Below are positions 19,399 to 28,938 of a DNA stretch of 28,938 nt, piece after piece. Under the pieces are notes generated by a model. That model had not been told where the DNA came from and ran no database searches. It was given only the letters and a program-made list of their open reading frames with translations. Origin of the DNA: Escherichia coli (lineage in GTDB: Bacteria; Pseudomonadota; Gammaproteobacteria; Enterobacterales; Enterobacteriaceae). The translations under genes were made by a program, and so were the position numbers. The first letter of the stretch is position 1, and every line of letters begins with the position of its first letter. Location: the NCBI RefSeq assembly GCF_003334315.1, contig NZ_QOWR01000059.1, one strand, 5' to 3'.

Positions 19399-20853
19399 TT
19401 AACCTATGGTTTTTTGCTCTCCTGTTTTTTCTGCTGTTGTACGTTTCTTTAATAAGGCGTAGGCCGCAAAGGCGACGATGACGCCGACAAACCATGAAAC
19501 ACGCGATAACGGTTCCATAAAGTGAATAAACTTACCGCCAAGAGATAAAATAACGGCCACCAGAGTTACTGAAAACGCAGTGAGGTTAAAACCGTTATCG
19601 TAATATTTATAATCGCCAGGTGCGGTATACAGTTCATCAAGATTAATTTGTCCGCGCATCACCACAAAATAATGCGCCATCATGACACCAATTACCGGAC
19701 CAAGCATTCCGCCGATAATATCGAGGAAAAGATAAATGCTGTCCTGATTTTCCATTAATTTTCACGGGCAGATCAGCAAGCTGATAATACTGGCAATCAG
19801 TACGCCGTTTTTATAGGTCAGTTTTGTCGGTGCAATGGCGGCAATCTGATAACCGGCTGGAATAATATTACCGGTCGCGTTAGTGGAGATAGTTGTCATC
19901 AGAATAACCAGTACCGCAAAGAACGAGGCGAACAGGCTGTCCCAACGCTGAACAATATCCAGCACGTTCCAGGTATCAGCGCCGTAGTGAATACTGGCTC
20001 CGGCAATAATACATACCCCGGCGACCGCAAACAGAATATAGGCCACAACTAAACCCAGCGTTTGCCCCAGCGCCTGCTCACGAAACGAGTGGGCGTTTTG
20101 CGTAAAGTCGGATGCGCTCACCGCCGGTGCCGCCCAGACCGCAACTACCGCGTTAATCACCACCAGGAACAGGAAGCCACCGTTTTCTGCTTTCTGAATA
20201 CCGCTCGGAATGTAGTCAAAGATTGGACCGATCCCGATCAGTGAAATCGCCCAAATCGCCATACCGCCGAAAACGATATAGATGCACGGGTTAAGAATGG
20301 CAGTGAATTTATTTAAAACTTTGCCACCGCCAAAACCTATACCAACGTTGACCAGCCAGAAGATTAAGAAAGTAATTAAGCCCGGTAGAGAAAGGCCTAA
20401 CAGAGTGAAATCACCACCGAGAGTTAAAAATCCCGGCCAGATTTTGCCAATCAGAATCAAGCAGGCCAGTGACCCCGCGTAACATTGCAAACCAAACCAC
20501 ATGATGGCGGCAATTCCGCCCCTTAATAATCCGGGAAACAGTGCACCACGTACACCGTAAGAAGCACGCAGGATCATGGCAAAAGGCACACCGTATTTAC
20601 TGCCCGCAGCACCGTTTAATACCATTACCGCGGCAATGAAAAAGGCGCTGAGGATAATTGCCAGCATAATACTAAAGGTAGACAAGCCGAGAATAAAAAA
20701 GCCGCCGACCATCACATAATTGGGAACGTTATGAACCGAACCCATCCATAAGGTAAAATAGTTAAATGTTTTCCAGGTCCGCTGGCTTTGCGTTTTCGGC
20801 AATAGATCTTCGCTATAGCCGCGTTGCTGGAATAGTTTTCTCTGATGTTCCAT
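19399..20853 (-). pseudogene. ybbW: Allantoin permease (NCS1 family) interrupted by an in-frame TGA at codon 364
   Basis: ORFs 19762..20853 (363 aa ...LLICP) and 19399..19755 (118 aa MENQDS...) share a frame. Minus strand reads ...TGA-AAA-TTA-ATG-GAA, so 363 + stop + 2 + 118 = 484 codons, the length I recall for K-12 YbbW/AllP. Confidence 0.75.
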
Positions 20854-20990
20854 AAATCCCTCTTAATTTCACGTATCGAATAACGTTGTTTTAATCTAGC
20901 TATGAGGAACAAATAAAATAAAAATATTATTTTTAATACTGAAGCAACATCTTTGGCTGCTTTCTTTTTTAATATTGCTGGCCGATTCAT
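20712..20990 (-). CDS. ybbV: Hypothetical small protein YbbV (doubtful ORF overlapping ybbW 5' end)
   Basis: 92-aa ORF MNRPAILKKKAAKDVASVLKIIFLFYLFLIARLKQ... in the position of annotated K-12 ybbV; AT-rich, overlaps ybbW by about 140 nt. Confidence 0.3.
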   Translation of the reverse strand: MNRPAILKKKAAKDVASVLKIIFLFYLFLIARLKQRYSIREIKRDLWNIRENYSSNAAIAKIYCRKRKASGPGKHLTILPYGWVRFITFPIM

Positions 20991-21021
20991 TTTCTGATAT
21001 CGGCCATTTTTATTGCGGGTA

Positions 21022-21900
21022 TCAGGCCAGTTTATGGTTAGCCATTAATTCCAGCGCCTGCACTAACGCAGAGTGATCCAACTGGCTGCCACCGTTTGCC
21101 GCACAGGTATTAAATAACTCCTGGCAGGTCGCAGTGTTTGGCAGGTTCAGCGCAAGTGCTTTCGCACTTTGCAGTGCCAGGTTGAGATCTTTCTGGTGCA
21201 GAGCGATTTTGAAGCCCGGATTAAAGGTGCGTTTAATCATACGCTCGCCATGAACTTCCAGAATACGTGAGGAAGCAAAGCCGCCCATCAGCGCCTGGCG
21301 CACACGTACCGGGTCCGCACCAGCTTTTGAAGCAAATAGCAGGGCTTCAGAAACCGCTTCAATATTGAGCGCCACGATAATCTGATTTGCCACTTTGCAG
21401 GTTTGACCATCGCCGTTACCGCCCACGAGGGTGATATTTTTACCGAGCAGTTCAAACAGCGGTTTAACACGTTCAAATACCGCTTCATCACCGCCAACCA
21501 TAATCGACAACGTCCCTTCACGCGCACCGATTTCACCGCCGGAGACTGGCGCATCGAGATAATCGCCGCCCAGTTCATTCACCTGACGAGCGAAACGCTT
21601 AGTTTCAATCGGGGAAATGGAGCTCATATCAACAATGGTTTTGCCCTTCAGCGAGGCTTTGGTACAACCATTTTCACCGAACAGAACTTCTTCAACCTGA
21701 GGTGTGTCCGGCACCATAATAAAAATGATGTCCGATGCTTCCGTTACCTGGCGAGCAGTTTCAACACTGACGGCACCCAGTGACAGTAATTCATCAGCAA
21801 CCGGTCCAATGGTCGTGACATGTAATTGATGACCGGCACGCGCCAGATTAATGGCCATCGGTGTACCCATAATGCCTAAGCCAATAAATCCCAGTTTCAT
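21022..21900 (-). CDS. glxR: Tartronate semialdehyde reductase (2-hydroxy-3-oxopropionate reductase)
   Basis: 292-aa ORF MKLGFIGLGIMGTPMAINLARAGHQLHVTT... NAD-binding GxGxxG of the 3-hydroxyisobutyrate dehydrogenase family. Confidence 0.93.
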   Translation of the reverse strand: MKLGFIGLGIMGTPMAINLARAGHQLHVTTIGPVADELLSLGAVSVETARQVTEASDIIFIMVPDTPQVEEVLFGENGCTKASLKGKTIVDMSSISPIETKRFARQVNELGGDYLDAPVSGGEIGAREGTLSIMVGGDEAVFERVKPLFELLGKNITLVGGNGDGQTCKVANQIIVALNIEAVSEALLFASKAGADPVRVRQALMGGFASSRILEVHGERMIKRTFNPGFKIALHQKDLNLALQSAKALALNLPNTATCQELFNTCAANGGSQLDHSALVQALELMANHKLA

Positions 21901-21999
21901 AATTAACCTCTTTTAAATTTCGCTTTTCCTGAATTCAGACAACACGATCCCCAGCCAACTTAGCGGCCTAAAAAAGCATTGTCTGAATAGCGTTACGTT

Positions 22000-22776
22000 T
22001 TAACGGTACGGATCCATCCAGCGTAAACCGGCTTCCGTGGTGGTTTGGGGTTTATATTCACACCCAACCCAACCGTTGTAGTCAGAATTTTCGATTACCT
22101 TAAAGAGATAATCATAATTAATTTCTCCGGTTCCCGGTTCGCCGCGATGCGGATTATCGGCAATTTGCAGGTGACCAATTTTATCAGCCCACTGAGTCAT
22201 GGTGTTGGTTAATTCACCTTCCATCCGCTGCATATGATAAATGTCATACTGAATTTTCAAATTGCAGCAACCAACATCATCAATCAATTTCAGCGCCTGC
22301 CGAGTTCCGGTGAGATGGAAACCAGGAATATCAAAATGGTTAATAGGTTCAATCAGTAATAAAATATCTTCTTTCATCAGCATATTCGCGGCATAACGCA
22401 GGTTTTCTACAAGCGTTGCGTGAATCTGTTCACTGCTGAAACCAGCCGGCGTTTTACCGACCAGACAGTTAATTTTTTTATTACCCAGCGCACGGGCATA
22501 ACGAATCGCTGCTGCTACGCCATCCCGAAACTCTTCTTCACGGCCAGGAATACAGGCAATACCGCGCTCCCCCGCCGCCCAGTCACCCGCCGGTAAATTG
22601 TGCAGCGTATGTTCGAGTTTATTACTCGCCAGCACATGTTTTAATTCTTCAATGTCGTAGTCATAAGGAAACATAAATTCAACGCCGCGAAAACCACACT
22701 GCGCAGCTTTCTCAAAACGGGCGAGAAAATCATATTCTCCAAATAACATCGATAAATTAGCAGAGAAACGTAACAT
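22000..22776 (-). CDS. hyi: Hydroxypyruvate isomerase
   Basis: 258-aa ORF MLRFSANLSMLFGEYDFLARFEKAAQCGFRGVEF... (xylose-isomerase-like TIM barrel). Confidence 0.93.
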   Translation of the reverse strand: MLRFSANLSMLFGEYDFLARFEKAAQCGFRGVEFMFPYDYDIEELKHVLASNKLEHTLHNLPAGDWAAGERGIACIPGREEEFRDGVAAAIRYARALGNKKINCLVGKTPAGFSSEQIHATLVENLRYAANMLMKEDILLLIEPINHFDIPGFHLTGTRQALKLIDDVGCCNLKIQYDIYHMQRMEGELTNTMTQWADKIGHLQIADNPHRGEPGTGEINYDYLFKVIENSDYNGWVGCEYKPQTTTEAGLRWMDPYR

Positions 22777-22788
22777 TATTTATCTCCC

Positions 22789-24570
22789 TTATTCATAGTG
22801 CATGAAGCAGGTTTCAGTCGGTGCGTCCGCTGCGTTATCGGCGATATCTTCAAATTCCATGACGTTATCCAGTTCGCTGCCCATCGAAATATTGGTCACA
22901 CGCTCGAGAATAACTTCCACGACTACCGGTACCCGATATTGCGCCATTAAGGCTTTCGCCTGTTCAAAGGCTGGCGCAATATCTTCCGGTTTGAAGACGC
23001 GAATAGCTTTACAACCTAAACCTTCCGCTACTTTTACGTGGTCAACACCGTAGCCATTCACTTCACTGGAGTTGATATTCTCGAAAGCGAGTTGCACGCA
23101 GTAGTCCATGTCAAAAGCGCGTTGTGACTGACGAATCAGCCCCAGATAAGCGTTGTTGACCAGCACATGGATGTACGGAATGTTGAACTGCGCGCCAACA
23201 GCTAACTCTTCAATCAGGAACTGGAAGTCAAAGTCGCCAGAAATCGCCACCACATTGCGTTTCGGATCAGCGGCACAAACCCCTAGCGCAGCCGGAATCG
23301 TCCAGCCTAACGGACCAGCCTGACCACAGTTGATCCAGTGGCGGTCTTTAAAGACATGCAGCATTTGTGCCGCAGCGATTTGTGACAGACCAATGGTGGT
23401 GACATAACAAACATCGCGACCAAAGGCTTTGTTCATCTCTTCATACACGCGCTGCGGTTTCACCGGCACGTTGTCGAAGTGGGTTTTGCGCAGCAAAGTG
23501 CGTTTACGCTGCTGGCAGTCGGCGACCCATTCTTTACGACACGGCAGACGACCCGCTTTTTGCATCTCCTGCGCCACTTCAACCAGCAGTGTCAGCGCCG
23601 CTTTAGCATCAGAGACAATACCGAGATCCGGACACAGCACGCGACCAATTTGCGTCGGCTCAATATCAATATGAACGATTTTGCGCCCTTCGGTGTATTT
23701 CTCTACCGAGCCGGTATGACGGTTAGCAAAACGGTTACCGATACCAAACACCATGTCAGACGCCAGCAGCGTTGCGTTACCGTAACGATGCGCGGTTTGC
23801 AGACCCACCATCCCGGCCATCAGTTCATGATCGTCCGGGATACAGCCCCAGCCCATTAGCGTTGGGATCACCGGAACGCTGGTCAGTTCAGCAAACTGTT
23901 GTAACAGTGCAGCTGCGTCAGCATTAATTACCCCGCCCCCGGCAACAATCACCGGACGTTCGGCCTGGATTAACATTTCTACAGCTTTTTCGATCTGCAT
24001 ACGGCTGGCAGCAGGTTTGTAGACCGGCAGCGGTTCGTACATGTCAGGATCAAACTCGATTTCCGCAACCTGAACGTCGAACGGTAAATCCACCAGTACC
24101 GGACCCGGACGACCAGAACGCATCAGGTGAAATGCCTGTTGCAGCACGCGAGGCACCAGCGCCGCTTCACGAACTGTAACCGCCATTTTGCTGACCGGTT
24201 TAGCAATTGCTTCAATATCTACGGCCTGAAAATCTTCTTTATGCAGACGGGCGCGCGGTGCCTGGCCGGTAATGCACAGAATAGGAATGGAATCAGCAGA
24301 AGCGGAATAGAGCGCGGTGATCATGTCCGTGCCCGCAGGACCGGAAGTCCCCAGACATACGCCGATATTCCCTGCCGTTGCGCGGGTATAACCTTCCGCC
24401 ATGTGCGAAGCACCTTCCACATGACGCGCCAGAATGTGACGAATACCGCCGTGCTTACGCATCGCTGAGTAGAACGGATTGATTGCAGCTCCCGGAACAC
24501 CGAAGGCGGTAGTGATACCTTCTTTCTCCAGCACATACATTGCCGCGTCAACGGCTCTCATTTTTGCCAT
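22789..24570 (-). CDS. gcl: Glyoxylate carboligase (tartronate-semialdehyde synthase, ThDP-dependent)
   Basis: Start at ATG 24568..24570 ([34 protein letters not shown]...), 593 aa; the ORF-track start at 24660 is 30 codons upstream in the promoter. Confidence 0.95.
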
Positions 24571-24590
24571 TTTATTCCTACCTCTATTTA

Positions 24591-24607
24591 TTGGAAAATT
24601 TTTCCAA
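24591..24607. promoter_or_regulatory. AllR operator in the gcl promoter
   Basis: Palindrome TTGGAAAATTTTTCCAA about 20 nt upstream of the gcl start; matches the AllR box as I recall it. Confidence 0.7.
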
Positions 24608-24620
24608 CTTTCAAATTTTG

Positions 24621-24647
24621 TCAAAAAAACCCGCTCCGCAGAGCGGG
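24621..24647 (-). terminator. Rho-independent terminator of allR
   Basis: On minus strand: CCCGCTC-TGCG-GAGCGGG followed by TTTTTTT, about 12 nt after the allR stop. Confidence 0.75.
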
Positions 24648-24659
24648 ATGCGACAGACA

Positions 24660-25475
24660 TTATGGATGTGCTTTCAGTCCCAACGCCGTGCTGATATCGC
24701 GGGCGGTGTCTCTGACCAGCTCACCCTGACTGACAAAACGATCTTCTGTCAGTCTTGATGAAGGCCCGGAGATGGAGATAGCGGCAACAACACTACCGAC
24801 ATCATCGTAAATTGCTGAAGCTATGCAATTCAGACCTACAACATGCTCTTCTTTATCTACGGTATAGCCCAGTTCACGCGCTTGTTCCAGGTCCTTCAGC
24901 AAGGTGGGCATATCCACAAGCGTAGTTGGCGTAAACTGCTGCAAACCGGTTTGCAGAATGATGCTCATCAACTCCTCTTCCGCCAGCGGATAAAGCAGCG
25001 CTTTGCCCGCACCGGAAGCATGCAGTGGCAGACGACTGCCCAGTGGCGCACACATCCTGACCATCGATTTACACTCTAACTGACCAATTAATACCGCTTC
25101 ATTGCCGTTACGGATCGCGACATTGACCGTTTCGCCGGAAAGTAACATCAGGCGGCGCATAAACGGCCCGGCGACGGAGAGGACATCGCGGTTATGGATG
25201 TACGCCGCACCGACGTTAAAGACACCTAATCCTATATGCCACCAGCCTAATTGACTGTCCTGATAGACAAAATCCGCTGCCTGTAAAACCTTCAGCAAGC
25301 GAAAGGTCGTGGAGAGCGGCAAATCCAGATTGAGAGAAATATCGCTAACCGACGAACTTCCCCCACTTTTTTCCAAATATTGCAGAATCGCAATTCCCCG
25401 CTCTAACGCCTGTGCGCCCTTCTGTGCCACAGGCTCCGCCTGTCCTGGCCTGCCGCGCCGTCTAACTTCCGTCAT
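24660..25475 (-). CDS. allR: IclR-family repressor of allantoin/glyoxylate genes
   Basis: 271-aa [67 protein letters not shown]... (IclR HTH plus effector domain). Confidence 0.95.
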
Positions 25476-25552
25476 ACCTACGTTAACTCCGACCTACAAG
25501 TGAGCATAAACAATGAACAATTAGTTTATCTTATGCAAGTCGGTTGCAGGCG

Positions 25553-26035
25553 TCACGCAAAACAGAGTTCCTGTTCAGGAATACTTTCAACATCACAGTT
25601 GTCACTGCCGCCGCGATCGATGGTCAGAAAATCGGTGACGCGCTGCCAGGCGAAAAGTGGGTGATGCCAGACGTTACGATGGTAATTCACTCCCTGTTCG
25701 CCGTTGGTGATAAACGCCCGCAGCGTTGACAGGTCTGGTTTGTCGTCACCTAACGCCACGACCACCACAAACACCTCACCTTTCATCGGGATAAAGGCCT
25801 GAGTACCCAGCGGATGACGTTCGAGTTCGTGAATGGTCAGCGGCAGATTCGCCGGTTGCGCGCGGTTAATGCTGATAAGCGTACGGTCTTGCTCAAGAAT
25901 CTCAACCAGCGCCAAATCGTGGTAACGCTCCACCAGGCCATTGTTAATATGGAAAAAATCCCGTTGCTGCGTTTCGATTACGTCGCCATAAGCACTAAAG
26001 GCTTCCTGACTTAACGGTAATACCTGAAGTTTCAT
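25553..26035 (-). CDS. allA: Ureidoglycolate lyase
   Basis: 160-aa [45 protein letters not shown]... Confidence 0.93.
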
Positions 26036-26140
26036 CTTTTTGTCCTTGTAACATAATTCCGTTCAACCACCGCCGACCGGTCAGCTTGGTTTCAATAACA
26101 GGCAATCTAAAACCTTAAGAGAACAACATCAATACAAAAG

Positions 26141-26157
26141 TTGGAATATTTTTCCAA
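26141..26157. promoter_or_regulatory. AllR operator in the allA/allS divergent intergenic region
   Basis: TTGGAATATTTTTCCAA, one mismatch from the gcl-promoter palindrome, located between divergent allA and allS. Confidence 0.65.
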
Positions 26158-26264
26158 AACTAGATTTAGTCCACAAATTGAACAGGGTTATCATGTAAAA
26201 ATACTGATAAATCAGAGGATAAGAAAATCACGCAACTTGCGGATTTAAAAGGGGATACCTGAAG

Positions 26265-27191
26265 ATGTTCGATCCAGAAACCTTGCGGACTTTCATTGCG
26301 GTTGCTGAAACAGGAAGTTTTTCAAAAGCGGCAGAACGATTATGTAAAACCACGGCGACGATCAGTTATCGCATTAAACTTCTGGAAGAGAATACCGGAG
26401 TAGCGCTGTTTTTCCGTACGACTCGCAGCGTGACGTTGACAGCGGCTGGCGAGCATCTACTTTCCCAGGCCAGAGACTGGCTGAGCTGGCTGGAAAGTAT
26501 GCCAAGCGAGCTGCAACAGGTGAATGATGGCGTGGAACGCCAGGTGAATATTGTCATCAACAACCTGCTCTACAACCCCCAGGCCGTCGCCCAGTTGCTG
26601 GCGTGGCTGAATGAGCGTTACCCCTTTACCCAGTTTCACATCTCCCGACAAATCTATATGGGCGTCTGGGACTCGCTATTGTACGAAGGTTTTTCGCTGG
26701 CTATCGGCGTCACGGGAACTGAGGCGCTGGCAAATACCTTTAGTCTTGATCCCTTAGGATCGGTGCAATGGCGCTTTGTCATGGCGGCGGATCATCCGCT
26801 GGCGAACGTTGAAGAGCCGCTAACAGAAGCGCAGTTGCGGCGCTTTCCGGCGGTCAATATTGAAGACAGCGCCCGCACCTTAACCAAACGCGTCGCCTGG
26901 CGATTGCCAGGGCAAAAAGAGATTATTGTTCCCGATATGGAAACGAAAATCGCCGCCCATCTGGCGGGCGTTGGCATTGGTTTTTTGCCAAAATCGCTTT
27001 GCCAGTCAATGATCGATAATCAACAACTGGTCAGCCGGGTAATCCCAACGATGCGCCCTCCTTCGCCATTGAGTCTGGCATGGCGCAAATTTGGCAGCGG
27101 CAAAGCGGTAGAAGATATTGTGACCTTGTTTACCCAGCGCAGGCCGGAAATCAGCGGATTTTTAGAAATTTTCGGCAACCCACGCAGTTAA
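26265..27191 (+). CDS. allS: LysR-family activator of allD operon
   Basis: 308-aa [68 protein letters not shown]... (LysR HTH). Confidence 0.93.
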
Positions 27192-27244
27192 AAATCAAGT
27201 TTCCTTGCGCGTTGGCGCGTAAAATAGCGCGCAAGCTGATTTGA

Positions 27245-28354
<1,110 letters not shown>

Positions 28355-28410
28355 TGAGGGACGTATTTGTATTAGTCGCGACTTGATCTGACACATGGCC
28401 TTGAAAGGTT

Positions 28411-28470
28411 GAGAGTTACCGGTTTTGATATGAGTGTCGAATCCTTATCCAAAACAAGAGGTAACTCTCA
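28411..28470 (+). other. Long inverted repeat / stem-loop spanning the RBS and start codon of the downstream HTH ORF
   Basis: GAGAGTTACCGGTTTTG (28411..28427) pairs with CAAAACAAGAGGTAACTCTC (28451..28470); the 3' arm contains AAGAGG and ends one nt before ATG 28471. Confidence 0.5.
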
Positions 28471-28841
28471 TGCTTCATACTGCCAATCCCGTCATCAAAC
28501 ACAAAGCCGGTTTGCTCAATCTGGCTGAAGAACTCAGCAACGTATCAAAAGCCTGTAAAATCATGGGCGTTTCGCGTGATACGTTTTATCGTTACCGCGA
28601 ACTGGTCGCTGAAGGCGGTGTGGATGCGCAGATTAATCGTAGTCGCCGCGCTCCTAACCTTAAGAACCGTACCGATGAGGCAACTGAACAGGCTGTTGTT
28701 GATTACGCCGTCGCTTTCCCGACACATGGTCAGCACCGGGCCAGCAACGAGCTGCGTAAACAGGGGGTTTTTATCTCCGACAGTGGTGTCCGTTCTGTCT
28801 GGTTACTCCATAACCTTGAGAATCTCAAAAGACGATACTGA
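28471..28841 (+). pseudogene. ylbG: Transposase-like helix-turn-helix protein fragment (ylbG-like IS remnant)
   Basis: MLHTANPVIKHKAGLLNLAEELSNVSKACKIMGVSRDTFYRYRELVAEGGVDAQ... resembles the N-terminal HTH of IS-family transposases with no catalytic domain following; start taken at ATG 28471 behind AAGAGG rather than the ORF-track start 28434. The position matches where I recall the K-12 pseudogene ylbG. Confidence 0.5.
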
Positions 28842-28861
28842 ACAAATTTTATCAGGTGACG

Positions 28862-28938
28862 TGATCTTACCCAGCAATAGTGGACACGCGGCTAAGTGAG
28901 TAAACTCTCAGTCAGAGGTGACTCACATGACAAAAACA
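28862..28938 (+). mobile_element. insE: IS3 left end (IRL and start of orfA), continues beyond window end
   Basis: TGATCTTACCCAGCAATAGTGGACACGCGGCTAAGTGAGTAAACTCTCAGTCAGAGGTGACTCACATGACAAAAACA matches my memory of the IS3 left terminus and the OrfA start (ATG 28927, MTKT...). Confidence 0.85.

Noticed and set aside
19762-19764. In-frame TGA in ybbW as a possible selenocysteine codon (selU is nearby)
   Set aside because: No SECIS-like hairpin immediately downstream of the TGA, the protein is a transporter not a redox enzyme, and selU modifies tRNA rather than inserting Sec. A nonsense mutation is the simpler reading.
21403-21783. 126-aa plus-strand ORF
   Set aside because: Antisense to glxR; shadow ORF.
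23479-23859. 126-aa plus-strand ORF
   Set aside because: Antisense to gcl; shadow ORF.
24571-24660. 30-codon N-terminal extension of gcl
   Set aside because: The extension covers the AllR operator and promoter; the internal ATG at 24570 yields the canonical MAKMRAVD start.

Overview
This window reads as an Escherichia coli-type chromosomal segment, identified from memory and the ORF track rather than any search. In order: an IS1 end inserted into the 5' end of a fimbrial subunit gene (sfmA-like), then folD-ybcJ-ybcI, cysS (opposite strand), ppiB-lpxH, purE-purK, a REP/BIME cluster, and the whole allantoin/glyoxylate locus (ybcF-ylbF-ylbE-fdrA; allD-allC-allE; glxK-ybbY-allB-ybbW-ybbV-glxR-hyi-gcl; allR; allA; allS), followed by selU, a transposase-like HTH fragment and the left end of IS3. 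Gene content and order match the known E. coli core genome, so I do not see a convincing undescribed system. The most notable observations are strain-specific lesions: an in-frame TAG inside fdrA, an in-frame TGA inside ybbW/allP, IS1 disrupting sfmA, and IS elements at both window edges. ylbE is an uninterrupted 419-codon ORF here, whereas I recall it as frameshifted in K-12 MG1655, so this is probably not MG1655. Known AllR operator palindromes, a PurR box and several terminators are visible directly in the sequence.
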